Below, one piece after another: positions 16,183-25,590 of a DNA stretch of 47,834 nt. The notes beneath the pieces are model-generated. The model did no database searches and was not told the origin of the DNA. It saw nothing but the letters and a program-made list of their open reading frames with translations. Position numbers and translations under genes: made by a program. How positions within the stretch are numbered: the stretch's first letter is position 1; every line of letters starts with the position of its first letter. Source of the DNA: Pirellulales bacterium (GTDB taxonomy: Bacteria; Planctomycetota; Planctomycetia; Pirellulales; UBA1268); contig JBBAVU010000001.1 in assembly GCA_040397565.1 (NCBI GenBank), positions 1 through 47,834 of the forward strand, given 5' to 3'.

Positions 16183-19125
16183 CTACCAGTAGATGTGTCG
16201 CAGGAACCGCTCCCGGTCGGCCGGCGGCAGCCCGTCGATCCGTGGGATGACGTAGCGATCGTCGTCGCCGTCGATCAGGAGCTTTCCCTCGGGGCCGTAG
16301 TCCACGGCCTGGCTCTGCGTCCACCGCATCGTGAACTGGCGGCGGCCCACATCGGTCTCGACGTCGCAGTCGAGGTAGCCGTGGGAGAGCTCCATCGAAT
16401 GGATTCTCGAGATCGTCCGCACGAGCGAGCGGCGGGCGACCGCGGAGGCCGCGGCGGCCCGCGTGCCGTCGTCGAACGCGGCGAGCGAGCGGATCATGCC
16501 GATCTCGATCTCCTCGCCCGACTCGTTCCAGCCGCGAACGGAGAGGTATTCCTCCGGACGGGTGGCCGGCAGGCACCGCACCACGAAGACGCCGGTGGTG
16601 GTGACGCCGTCGCAGCGGCAGTCGATGCGGTCGTTCTCGGCAAACGAAAGGGCATCCCTGCCCGGCTCGAGCCAGCGGATCGCGGCCCCGGGCTGTGCGG
16701 GTGGCGTCGCGGCCCCGGCGGCAGCGTCGCCATCCGGCTTCGGAGCCTCTTCGACGAGCAGCGTGTCGACGGTCGGCTGCTTCGTGACCTGTGTCTGAAT
16801 CTTCACGAGTCGCGCGTAGAGGCCGTCGGCCGCGAGCAGCTCGGCGTGCGTTCCCTGCTCGACGAGCCGACCGCGGTCGAAGGCGAGGATCCGGTCGGCG
16901 TTGCGCAGGGTCGAGAGCCGGTGGGCGATCGCGATCGTCGTGCGGCCCTGGACGAGCACGGCGAGCGCCTCCTGGATCGACTTTTCCGCCTCGGCGTCGA
17001 TGTTGCTCGTGGCCTCGTCGAGCACGAGGATCGCCGGGTCGTAGAGGAGCGTGCGGGCGATCGAGAGCCGCTGCTTCTCGCCGCCGGAAAGACCGGCGCC
17101 GTGCTCGCCGAGGAGCGTCTCGTAGGCGAGCGGCTGACGGCAGAGAAAATCGTGCGCTCCCGCGGCCTTCGCCGCGGCGAGCCCCTCCTCGACGGTCGCG
17201 TCGGGCCGACCGTAGGAGAGGTTCTTCCAGATCGTGCCGCGGAAGAGGAACGAATCCTGGAACACGACGCCGAGCCTGCGGTGAAGGTCGGCCCGCGCCA
17301 CGTCGCGGACGTCGATCCCGTCGATCTCGACGCTCCCCTCCTGCACGTCGTGGAACCGGGCGAGGAGGTTCACGAGCGTCGTCTTGCCGGAGCCGCTGCG
17401 GCCGACGATCCCGACCATCTCGCCGGGCGCCACCTCGAACGAAACGTCCCGCAGCACCGGCTGATTGCGGTCGTAGCCGAACGTCACGTCGCGAAAACGG
17501 ATCCGGCCCCGCGGCTCATCCCATGTCTTCGGCGAGGCGGGGTCGGAGATCGACACCGGCGCGTCGAGCAGTTCGAGCACCCGCTTGCTTCCGGAGAGGA
17601 AGCTCGTCAGCCAGGTCGTGAAGTGGGAGAGCGCGCCGAGCGGCGCGTAGAACATCGCGAGGTAGGCGAGGAAGGCGATGAGCTGCCCGAGCGTCATCGT
17701 GCCGCCGAGCACGTCGCGGCCGCCCACGTACCACACGATCAGCCCGCCCAGGCTGAAGACCAGCTGCATCGCCCCGGCGTAGGAGGCGTTCGTGTACTCG
17801 ACCCATCGCCGCCACTGCCGCAGGTGGTCGCTCGCGGCGTGGAAGCGGTCTCGCTCCCGCGGCTCCTGGCCGAAGGCCTTCACGACCCGGATGCCCGAGA
17901 GCATCCCGGAGAGCACGGCCATCTGCTTGCTCGACGCGTCCCAGAGCCGGTAGTGCCTCGGGTAGACGTGCCGCCAGAAGACCCACGAGCCGAGGATGAC
18001 CAGCGGCACCGGGATGAGCGTGAAGGCCGCGAGCTTCGGGTTGATCCAGACGAGCATCGCGCCGACGCCGACGAGCTGCACGATCTGGAGAAGGAAGCCG
18101 CCCGTGATCTGGTGGACGAGCCCCTGCACCGCCTCCGAGTCGTGGGCGACACGGCCGACCATCGACCCGACCTGGTGGCGGTCGTACCAGGAAAGCGACA
18201 GCGCCTGCAGCTTCGTCACCATCTCGCCGCGGAGCGTGCTCGTGATCCCGGTGCCGATCGCCGTCGCGATCCAGCCCTTCCAGACGCCGACGAGCGAGAC
18301 GAGCACCCGCGAGAAGGCGAGCGCGAGCACGACGAGCAGGAGCGCCGTCCGAAAGTCGGGCGATGCTTCCCCCGGCCCCTCGCCGCCGGCGAGCACGCCA
18401 TCGACCATGTACTGCTGCAGCTTCGGCGGCACGAGTTCCGCGACGACGCCGAGCAGCGTGAGGCCACAGAGGGCCGCGGCCCCCTTCCAGTGCGGCCGCA
18501 AAAGCTCCGCGACCCGCGACAGGATCCGTCCCTTCTGGAGGCACCGCGGGCAGCTCTCCGCGTGTGGCTCGAGCCGCAGCTGGCAGGACGGGCAACGGAC
18601 CGGGCCCGCGAACGCCACGGCATCGACCTCGATCGGCTTCTCCGGGAGCGGTGAGCCAGCACCGGCCTCGTCAGCCCCCTCGCGGGCCTGCTCGAGCCCC
18701 CTGGCGACGGCGTGGAAGCGGGTCGCCATCGAGCTCGAATAGCGGAGCAGGTCGACCCACGACCCCGCCGTCCGCACCTGGAGCGTGCCGCCGCCGACCC
18801 CCGCGACGCTCCGCACCTCGGAGACGTCCTGCCAGGCGACGACCCGATTCACACCGCGAGGGCCGCCACGGTCCCCTGCCGTCTCGCCCGGGTCGGCGAC
18901 CACGGCGAGGTGATCCCGCGTCACCGAGAGCCACTCCCGGCCCGGCACTCCGTCGAGCGAGACGTCGGTATCGACCGAGAGCAGGACGGGCCGGTGGTTG
19001 AGACCGGCGTCGTCGAGCAGCCGCAAGATTCGGCCGGGAAGGCCGCCTTCCGGCCCGTCGCAGCCAAGCGTCGCGGCCGCTGGCACCCGCATGGCGGCTG
19101 CCGTACCATCAGTGTTCAATTTCAT
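16183..19125 (-). CDS. ABC exporter half-transporter (TMD+NBD) with an N-terminal extension containing a zinc ribbon and a C-terminal DUF1854-like domain
   Basis: Walker A GRSGSGKTT, signature LSGGEKQR, Walker B ILVLDEATS, and six predicted TM helices upstream. The N-terminus carries CPSCQLRLEPHAESCPRC. The ~150 aa C-terminal tail ends ...RERFLRHIYW. The start is uncertain: GTG 19182, ATG 19173, ATG 19125 or ATG 19092. I chose 19125 because the divergent gene starts at 19172. Confidence 0.85.
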   Translation of the reverse strand: MKLNTDGTAAAMRVPAAATLGCDGPEGGLPGRILRLLDDAGLNHRPVLLSVDTDVSLDGVPGREWLSVTRDHLAVVADPGETAGDRGGPRGVNRVVAWQDVSEVRSVAGVGGGTLQVRTAGSWVDLLRYSSSMATRFHAVARGLEQAREGADEAGAGSPLPEKPIEVDAVAFAGPVRCPSCQLRLEPHAESCPRCLQKGRILSRVAELLRPHWKGAAALCGLTLLGVVAELVPPKLQQYMVDGVLAGGEGPGEASPDFRTALLLVVLALAFSRVLVSLVGVWKGWIATAIGTGITSTLRGEMVTKLQALSLSWYDRHQVGSMVGRVAHDSEAVQGLVHQITGGFLLQIVQLVGVGAMLVWINPKLAAFTLIPVPLVILGSWVFWRHVYPRHYRLWDASSKQMAVLSGMLSGIRVVKAFGQEPRERDRFHAASDHLRQWRRWVEYTNASYAGAMQLVFSLGGLIVWYVGGRDVLGGTMTLGQLIAFLAYLAMFYAPLGALSHFTTWLTSFLSGSKRVLELLDAPVSISDPASPKTWDEPRGRIRFRDVTFGYDRNQPVLRDVSFEVAPGEMVGIVGRSGSGKTTLVNLLARFHDVQEGSVEIDGIDVRDVARADLHRRLGVVFQDSFLFRGTIWKNLSYGRPDATVEEGLAAAKAAGAHDFLCRQPLAYETLLGEHGAGLSGGEKQRLSIARTLLYDPAILVLDEATSNIDAEAEKSIQEALAVLVQGRTTIAIAHRLSTLRNADRILAFDRGRLVEQGTHAELLAADGLYARLVKIQTQVTKQPTVDTLLVEEAPKPDGDAAAGAATPPAQPGAAIRWLEPGRDALSFAENDRIDCRCDGVTTTGVFVVRCLPATRPEEYLSVRGWNESGEEIEIGMIRSLAAFDDGTRAAAASAVARRSLVRTISRIHSMELSHGYLDCDVETDVGRRQFTMRWTQSQAVDYGPEGKLLIDGDDDRYVIPRIDGLPPADRERFLRHIYW

Positions 19126-19171
19126 TCCATCCGCAGGCTTGCGGGACCCTGACTCGTCCTTGGACACACCC

Positions 19172-19819
19172 ATGGCATACACCAGATACGCACGGATTGT
19201 CTCGTTTGTTTGCGTGCTCGCGGCGATCGCCGCCGCCTGCCCGCCGCGGGCCGCCGCCGAGGAGGCCGGCTTCGAAGCCCTCTTCGACGGGAAGAGCCTC
19301 GCCGGCTGGAAGGCGGGGGAGAACCCGGACAGCTGGAAGGTCGTCGACGGCCAGATCGTCTGCCACGGCCCCCGCAGCCACCTCTTCTACGTCGGCAAGG
19401 GGGATGAGCCTGCCGAATGGAAGAACTTCCACTTCAAGGCGGAGGTGATGACGAAGCCAAAAGCCAACTCGGGGATCTACTTCCACACGAAGTTCCAGGA
19501 GAGCGGCTGGCCATCGGTGGGCCACGAGGTGCAGGTCAACACCACCCATGGCGATCCCGTCCGCAGCGGCAGCCTCTACAACGTCGTCAAGAACCTGACA
19601 GCGCCGTCGAAGGACGACGAGTGGTTCACCGAGGAGGTGATCGTCGAAGGCAACCGGATCGTCACGAAGGTGAACGGCAAGACGATCGTCGACCACGTCG
19701 AGAAGACCGAGGAGGTCAAGGACGGCCGCAAGCTCTCGAAGGGCACGTTCGCCCTCCAGGCCCACGACCCGGGCAGCGAGGTCCACTACCGCAACATCCG
19801 CGTGAAGCGGCTGCCCTGA
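19172..19819 (+). CDS. Secreted DUF1080 (3-keto-disaccharide hydrolase-like) domain protein
   Basis: Signal peptide MAYTRYARIVSFVCVLAAIAAACPPRAAA, followed by the characteristic FEALFDGKSLAGWK...W.V.DG.I and the C-terminal FALQAHDPGSEVHYRNIRVK. Confidence 0.85.
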   Translation: MAYTRYARIVSFVCVLAAIAAACPPRAAAEEAGFEALFDGKSLAGWKAGENPDSWKVVDGQIVCHGPRSHLFYVGKGDEPAEWKNFHFKAEVMTKPKANSGIYFHTKFQESGWPSVGHEVQVNTTHGDPVRSGSLYNVVKNLTAPSKDDEWFTEEVIVEGNRIVTKVNGKTIVDHVEKTEEVKDGRKLSKGTFALQAHDPGSEVHYRNIRVKRLP

Positions 19820-19998
19820 CGACGAACGCCCGCCGTCCGTGACGCCAAACCTGTCGGTTCGGGCAGGCCCTCGCGGCTCCAGCGTGCCGGGAACCGGTCT
19901 TTCGGCGGGCCGCGGCATTCCGGATAATGCCGAGGCTGGGCGACGCATGCCGCAGCGGCCACCGAATACGGTCCACCGAACACACGGGAGCGATAGCC

Positions 19999-20961
19999 AT
20001 GATCAAGACGGCATTTCCGGCGGGGATTCGCGACGACATCACGCAGTGCATCGGACGCACACCGCTCGTTCGGCTGCGACGGGTGACGGAAGGCTGCGTC
20101 GCCACGGTCGCCGGCAAGATCGAGAACATGAACCCGCTCTGGAGCGTGAAGGACCGGATCGCCTGCGCGATGATCGACGCGGCGGAGCGGGACGGGCTGG
20201 TCGGCCCCGACACGGTCGTGATCGAGCCGACGAGCGGCAACACGGGGATCGGCCTCGCCTACGTCTGTGCGGCCCGCGGCTACAAGCTCCGCGTGACCAT
20301 GCCGGAGAGCATGAGCCTCGAGCGGAGGCGGATGCTCAAGGCGCTCGGGGCGGAACTCGTGCTCACGCCGGCGGCGGAGGGGATGCCCGGCGCCGTGCGG
20401 CACGCCGAGGAGATCAGCCGGTCGAGCTCGCAGTTCTTCATGCCCCAGCAGTTCAAGAACCCGGCAAATCCGGAGGTGCACCGCCGCACCACGGCCGAGG
20501 AGATCTGGCAGGACACCGAGGGGCAGGTCGACGTCGTCGTCTGCGGCGTCGGCACCGGCGGCACGATCACGGGCGTCGGCGAGGTGCTGAAGGCAAAGAA
20601 GCCCGGCGTCCGCGTCGTCGCGGTCGAGCCGCTCAACAGCCCCGTCATCTCGCAGAAGCTCGCCGGCGAACCGATCAAGCCGGGCCGCCACACGATCCAG
20701 GGCATCGGGGCGGGCTTCATCCCCGACATCCTCAACCTCGACGTCATCGACGAGGTGATCAAGGTGGACGACGAGGACGCGATGGAGACGGCCCGTCAGA
20801 TGGCGAAGCGGGAGGGCCTCATGTGCGGGATCAGCTGCGGCGCGGCCGCGTGGGGAGCGCTCCAGGTCGCGAAGCGGCCCGAGAACGCCGGCAAGCTCGT
20901 CGTCGTCGTGCTGCCCGACCTCGGCGAGCGGTACCTCTCGACGAAGCTGTTTCCGGAGTGA
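19999..20961 (+). CDS. cysK: Cysteine synthase A (O-acetylserine sulfhydrylase)
   Basis: TPLVRL, the PLP-lysine motif [33 protein letters not shown], and the C-terminal [17 protein letters not shown] at 19999 is preceded by GGGAG. Confidence 0.95.
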   Translation: MIKTAFPAGIRDDITQCIGRTPLVRLRRVTEGCVATVAGKIENMNPLWSVKDRIACAMIDAAERDGLVGPDTVVIEPTSGNTGIGLAYVCAARGYKLRVTMPESMSLERRRMLKALGAELVLTPAAEGMPGAVRHAEEISRSSSQFFMPQQFKNPANPEVHRRTTAEEIWQDTEGQVDVVVCGVGTGGTITGVGEVLKAKKPGVRVVAVEPLNSPVISQKLAGEPIKPGRHTIQGIGAGFIPDILNLDVIDEVIKVDDEDAMETARQMAKREGLMCGISCGAAAWGALQVAKRPENAGKLVVVVLPDLGERYLSTKLFPE

Positions 20962-20983
20962 CGTTCGGAAACCACATTTGCTT

Positions 20984-21012
20984 CCGGGAGGGAAACCTCT
21001 CCGGCGCATTTG
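20984..21012 (+). terminator. Weak terminator-like hairpin after cysK
   Basis: CCGGGAGGG/CCTCTCCGG can form about 8 bp with one bulge and an AAAC loop (20984-21004), followed by CGCATTTG. The U-tract is poor. Confidence 0.2.
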
Positions 21013-21159
21013 ATGGATGCCGCATTGACGCCGGGAGGGCGGACGCATCGTCGCTACGGCGAGGATACGCCTGATGCTCCTCAACGTTCCCCGCCCCCCC
21101 GACTACGCCCCCCCCGGGAGCGTTCAGCATCGATGTGCCTGTGTGACCCATTCAGACCA

Positions 21160-21325
21160 ACGCTTGACCGGTTCGGGGCTGCCCGTGTGCCCGAGACGGC
21201 GTATGCAGACAAGCGAAGCAAGGATTGCGGAGCGAAGTCTGCATCCGAGCGAGCGGAGGACAGGATGTCCGCAGCGAGCGTCCGGCGAGCGGCATACGGG
21301 CAGCCCCGAACCAGCACGCTTGACC
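21160..21325. repeat. Palindromic structured intergenic element of unknown nature (MITE-like element, structured sRNA or 3'UTR structure)
   Basis: GGTTCGGGGCTGCCCGTGTGCC (21170-21191) is the reverse complement of GGCATACGGGCAGCCCCGAACC (21291-21312), apart from one position that gives G-U on the plus strand. Inside it is an 8 bp stem, ATGCAGAC (21203-21210) / GTCTGCAT (21237-21244). A 10 bp direct repeat ACGCTTGACC lies at 21160-21169 and 21316-21325. Confidence 0.5.
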
Positions 21326-21340
21326 CGCAACACAACGGGG

Positions 21341-22036
21341 TCACCCGATCTCGAGACGCACCCGCCGCGGCATGCCGAGCCGCCCGAAGAGGCCGACGGC
21401 ACCCTTCGGCAGCCCGAGGAACTGCAGCTTTTCGAACCACTGCGGCACCTCTCCCGCGAGCTTGCCGACGGCGGTGCCCCGCAGGTCGAGCGAGGTGAGG
21501 CCCGTGAGCCCCTTGAGCTGCAGCAGGCCCTCGTCGGTGAGCGCGCCTCCCGAGAGGTCGAGCGTCGCGAGATCCTTGAGCGAGTCGGCCCGGAAGCCGA
21601 GCAGGATCGCGAAGACGTCGTCGGCCGCCGGGCCGCGCAGCCGCACGGTCACGAGCTTGTCGGCCACTCGGGCGAAGTCCTCGCCGAACGACTTCTCGAG
21701 CCAGTCGGTCTCCTCCATCTCGATCTCTCCGCCCCGCTCGATCGTCTCGGTGACGACTTCCTGCTGCTGGGAGTAGGCGTCGATCTTGGCGGCGAGCCAT
21801 TCGAGCTTGCCGGCCTTGAAGCGGACGTAGTCGTTGGCCTCCTCGAACGCCTTCTGTAGGCGAATGAAATCCTGCGGGTCACCCCCGCGGTCGGGGTGCA
21901 GGATCCGGGCGCGGGCCATGTAGGCCTGCTTGACGTCCTCGGCGGTGACCGGTGGCAGCAGGCCGAGCAGCTTGAGGCACGCGGGCGTGTCGCCGGCGGC
22001 GTGAGGCGTGGAGGACGTTCGTGGTTTCTGTGTCAT
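21341..22036 (-). CDS. J-domain (DnaJ-like) protein with a C-terminal leucine-rich-repeat-like segment
   Basis: LLGLLPPVTAEDVKQAYMARARILHPDRGGDPQDFIRLQKAFEEANDYV contains the HPD tripeptide of J domains. The C-terminus LKDLATLDLSGGALTDEGLLQLKGLTGLTSLDLRGTAV has LRR periodicity. Confidence 0.8.
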   Translation of the reverse strand: MTQKPRTSSTPHAAGDTPACLKLLGLLPPVTAEDVKQAYMARARILHPDRGGDPQDFIRLQKAFEEANDYVRFKAGKLEWLAAKIDAYSQQQEVVTETIERGGEIEMEETDWLEKSFGEDFARVADKLVTVRLRGPAADDVFAILLGFRADSLKDLATLDLSGGALTDEGLLQLKGLTGLTSLDLRGTAVGKLAGEVPQWFEKLQFLGLPKGAVGLFGRLGMPRRVRLEIG

Positions 22037-22212
22037 GGCGAGGGATCATACGCGACCCGCGGAGCCTGCGGGTGGGCGACGGCGCAAGCCGGGGGAAACG
22101 GGGTGACTGGCAGGGCAGCTTCCGAGATTGCGGCTTCTCCCGGGAATTACTAGGTTTCCAGGGATCCGTCGCAGGGATCGTGACGGGACAGAACTGCCAA
22201 GGAGGGTATGCC

Positions 22213-24276
22213 ATGCGCCGATGGTCGAACGTGCTCCGGTCGGTCTCGTGGAGGGATGCCGTTCGGTGGAAGGAAGTCGGTGCGTTCCTGCTCGTCATCG
22301 CCGCCTGCGTCGGCTGGCGGCTGGTGACCGGCCCGGCTCGGGCGACCGCCCAGCCGCCGCTCGCGAAGCACGCGGCCGGCGGGCGTGACGCCGCCAACCC
22401 CGCCACCAAGCCTGCCGGCAAGCCCGCCGTCGCCGCCCTCGTCAATGGCACGGCCATCGGCTGGGAGCAGCTCACGGCCGAGGCGGTCGCCCGCCATGGC
22501 GACGCGACGCTCGATTCGCTCGTCAACCGCGCGATCATCGAGCAGGCCTGCGCCCGGCAGGGCATCGCGGTCACGCCCGAGGAGGTCTCGGCGGAGATCG
22601 ACGGCATGGCCCGCCGATTCGGCCTGCCCCGCGACCGCTTCCTCGAGCTCATCCAGCAGGAGCGAGGCTTCGGTGAGAAGCAGTATTCGAACGAGATCGT
22701 CTGGCCGATGCTCGCGCTTCGCAGGCTCGCCCGCGGCAGCGTGCAGCCGACCCAGGCCCAACTGCAGGCGGCCTTCGAGTCGCGGTTCGGACCGGCCGTG
22801 AAGGCGAGAATCATCGTGGCCCGGACGCTCGACGAGGCGAGGAAGCTCCGCGGGCTCGCCCTCGGCAAGCCGGAGGAATTCGGGGCGATCGCGAGGCGAT
22901 CCTCCGTCGACGTCGGCACCGCCAGCGCCAACGGCTGGGTGCAGCCGATCCGCCGGCACACCGGCGACGCGGCGTTCGAGAAGGCGGCGTTCTCGCTCCG
23001 CGACGGGGAGATCTCCGAGGTCATCCAAGTCGCCGACCAGTTCATCGTGCTCAAGTGCGAGGGGCACCTGCCGGCCTCCGGCGTGAAGCTCGACGACGTC
23101 CGCGAGAAGCTCGTCGCGGAACTGTCGGAACAGGCCTCCCGCGCGGCCTCCGCGGAATTCTTTCGCACGCTCGAGCGGCAGGCGAAGGTCGAAAAACGCC
23201 TCGACACCGCCTCCCCGACGGCCCTGTCGGCCGGCACGGCTGCGGTCGTCGATGGCGTTGCGATCCCCACCGAGACCGTGGCCGCCGCCTGCCTCGAGCG
23301 GCACGGCGAGGAGGTGCTCGAGATCCTCGTCACCAAGACGCTCATCTCCCAGGCGCTCACCAGGCAGAAGCTCGCCGTCGAGCCGGCGGACGTCGAGCAG
23401 GAGATCGACCGGGCCGCCAGGTCGCTCGGGTTCACGAAGCAGGACGGATCGGCCGACGTCGATGCCTGGCTCCGGAGGGTCACCCAGGACGACCGGGTGC
23501 CGATGCGTCACTACATCGACGACATCGTCCGGCCCACCGTCGCGCTCAAGAAGCTCGTCGGCCCGGTGACCGTCACGAACGAGGACCTCGGCAAGGCCTA
23601 CGACGCAACCTTCGGCCCGAGGGCACGCTGCCGCATGATCGTGCTCGACAGCCAGCGACGGGCGCAGGAGGTCTGGCAGCTCGCCCGCCAAAATCCGACG
23701 CCCGAGTTCATCGGCGAACTTGCCGAGAAATACTCGGCCGACCCGGCGAGTCGAGCCCTTCGCGGCGAGGTGCCGCCGATCCAGCGGTACGGCGGCCAGC
23801 CGACGCTCGAACGGGAAGCCTTCTCGCTCCAGCCCGGCGAGGTTTCGGGCATCGTGCAGGTGGCCGACCGGTTCATGATCCTGTTCCTCGAGGGCTTCAC
23901 CGAACCGATGAAGGTGACGGTGGATGAGGTGAAGCAGGAGCTCAAGGACGACATCCAGGAAAAAAAACAGCGGATCGAGATGACGCGATTTTTCACCTAC
24001 CTGCGGGAGGGGGCGTCGATCGACAACTTCCTGACCGGCACGAGCCAGACTCCGACCCAGCAATCGCCGCCCCCCACGGCGGGACTGCCGCCGGCGAAAC
24101 TCCCCGCGGCGCCCGACCTCCTGCCGGGCCGCGAGCCGCTTTTGCCGCGGGCCGAAGCGGAGTCCCTCGCCAGGCCGCGGGCGGGCAGCCGCATCGGCCA
24201 GCCATCGCCGGCCGGAAAGCCGCAGTCCGGAGGCGGGGTCGTACCGGCGTCGCTCGACACGCCCGCCGTCAAGTAG
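22213..24276 (+). CDS. Membrane-anchored peptidyl-prolyl cis-trans isomerase with two parvulin (PpiC-type) domains, SurA/PrsA-like
   Basis: ATG at 22213 is preceded by AAGGAGG. There is an N-terminal TM segment ([14 protein letters not shown]). Two rotamase-like blocks each end in F.L..GE.S..+QVAD.F++L. (...[25 protein letters not shown] and [25 protein letters not shown]). The C-terminal tail is Pro-rich. Confidence 0.8.
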   Translation: MRRWSNVLRSVSWRDAVRWKEVGAFLLVIAACVGWRLVTGPARATAQPPLAKHAAGGRDAANPATKPAGKPAVAALVNGTAIGWEQLTAEAVARHGDATLDSLVNRAIIEQACARQGIAVTPEEVSAEIDGMARRFGLPRDRFLELIQQERGFGEKQYSNEIVWPMLALRRLARGSVQPTQAQLQAAFESRFGPAVKARIIVARTLDEARKLRGLALGKPEEFGAIARRSSVDVGTASANGWVQPIRRHTGDAAFEKAAFSLRDGEISEVIQVADQFIVLKCEGHLPASGVKLDDVREKLVAELSEQASRAASAEFFRTLERQAKVEKRLDTASPTALSAGTAAVVDGVAIPTETVAAACLERHGEEVLEILVTKTLISQALTRQKLAVEPADVEQEIDRAARSLGFTKQDGSADVDAWLRRVTQDDRVPMRHYIDDIVRPTVALKKLVGPVTVTNEDLGKAYDATFGPRARCRMIVLDSQRRAQEVWQLARQNPTPEFIGELAEKYSADPASRALRGEVPPIQRYGGQPTLEREAFSLQPGEVSGIVQVADRFMILFLEGFTEPMKVTVDEVKQELKDDIQEKKQRIEMTRFFTYLREGASIDNFLTGTSQTPTQQSPPPTAGLPPAKLPAAPDLLPGREPLLPRAEAESLARPRAGSRIGQPSPAGKPQSGGGVVPASLDTPAVK

Positions 24277-24287
24277 ACTACGGGCAT

Positions 24288-25574
24288 ATGTCAGACCATT
24301 CCTGCGGCCCCGCCGCCCCCGATGCCCGTGCCGAGGACGGCACGAGCCCGGCCGACATCGAGGCGCCGTTCGAAATCTCTGTTTCGGACCGCATCAAGCA
24401 ACTGCCTCCCTACCTCTTCGCGAGGATCAACCAGCTCACGTACCAAAAGCGTCGTGCGGGCAACGACGTCATCGACATGAGCATGGGCAACCCGTCCGAC
24501 CCGCCGAGCCAACGGGTCATCGACAAGCTCGCCGAGGCCGCGAACGACCCGCGGAACCACGGCTACGCCCCGGCGCTCGGGATCATGAGCCTCCGCCGCG
24601 AGGTGGCCTCGCGGTACCTCACGAAGTGGGGCGTCAGGCTCGATCCGGAGAGCGAGGTGATCGGCACGCTCGGCAGCAAGGAGGGCTACGGGCACCTCTG
24701 CCTCGCGCTCGTCGGCCCGGGTGATGCCGTCGTCGTGCCGGCGCCGTCGTATCCGGCGCACGTCTACGGCGTCGCCCTCGCGAGCGCGCGGGCCATCCCG
24801 ATCGACACGATGGACCCCTCCCGGTTTCTGTCCGACGTGGCTCGCACCTGCGAGACCGATCGGCCCAAGATCGTCGTCGTGAACTTCCCGCACAACCCGA
24901 CGGCGACGGTGGTCGAAGCGGACTTCTACCGCGACGTGGTCAAGCTCGCGAAGCGGTATGGTTTCATGCTCGTTTCCGACCTCGCCTACGCCGACGTCAC
25001 CTTCGACGGCTACGTCGCGCCGAGCCTGCTGTCGATCGAAGGGGCGAGGAAGTACGCGGTCGAGTTCACGACCATGAGCAAGGGCTTCAACATGGCCGGC
25101 TGGCGGGTCGGCTTCTGCGCCGGCAATCGCGAGATCGTGCGGGCGCTCGGCACGATCAAGACCTACTACGACTACGGCATGTTCCGGCCGATCCAGATCG
25201 CAGCCATCATGGCGATGCGGCACGGCGAGGCCGACGTCGCCGCCCAGTCGAAGGTCTACCAGAGGCGGCGGGACGTGCTCTGCGACGGCCTCGCACGGAT
25301 CGGCTGGCCGGTCACGGTTCCGAAGGCCAGCATGTTCGTCTGGGCCAGGATGCCGGAGCCCTTCGCCAGCCGGATGACGAGCATGGACTTCGCGACGAAA
25401 CTGCTCGAAGAGGCCGACGTCGCCGTCAGCCCCGGCGCGGGTTTCGGAGCCTCCGGCGAAGGCTACGTGCGGCTCGCGCTCATCGAGAACGAGAATCGAC
25501 TCCGCCAAGCCGTTCGGCAGATCGGCCGGGCGCTCGGCGAGGAACTCAAAACTGCGACCGCCCGCGCGGGTTGA
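24288..25574 (+). CDS. alaC: Class I/II PLP-dependent aminotransferase, AlaC-like (probable alanine/glutamate-pyruvate aminotransferase)
   Basis: Near full-length resemblance, from memory, to E. coli AlaC/YfdZ: [27 protein letters not shown], and the PLP lysine in [15 protein letters not shown]. The specific substrate is not provable from sequence. Confidence 0.75.
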   Translation: MSDHSCGPAAPDARAEDGTSPADIEAPFEISVSDRIKQLPPYLFARINQLTYQKRRAGNDVIDMSMGNPSDPPSQRVIDKLAEAANDPRNHGYAPALGIMSLRREVASRYLTKWGVRLDPESEVIGTLGSKEGYGHLCLALVGPGDAVVVPAPSYPAHVYGVALASARAIPIDTMDPSRFLSDVARTCETDRPKIVVVNFPHNPTATVVEADFYRDVVKLAKRYGFMLVSDLAYADVTFDGYVAPSLLSIEGARKYAVEFTTMSKGFNMAGWRVGFCAGNREIVRALGTIKTYYDYGMFRPIQIAAIMAMRHGEADVAAQSKVYQRRRDVLCDGLARIGWPVTVPKASMFVWARMPEPFASRMTSMDFATKLLEEADVAVSPGAGFGASGEGYVRLALIENENRLRQAVRQIGRALGEELKTATARAG

Positions 25575-25590
25575 CCCCGCCTCGAGCGAG

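Noticed and set aside
15745-18654. 969 aa plus-strand ORF
   Set aside because: It is antisense to the ABC transporter, which has unambiguous Walker A/B and signature motifs. The composition is Arg/Gly/Pro/Asp-rich and has no domain logic.
19786-21084. 432 aa minus-strand and 411 aa plus-strand (19839-21074) ORFs overlapping cysK
   Set aside because: The cysK frame (19999-20961) has full-length family motifs. The alternative frames are Arg-rich artefacts.
21265-21498. Small ORF (MSAASVRR..., 78 aa) preceded by GGAGGA inside the palindromic element
   Set aside because: The spacer to the ATG is only 4 nt. The product is Arg/Ala-rich, and most of the ORF lies antisense to the J-domain gene. The GGA motifs are better explained as part of the structured element.
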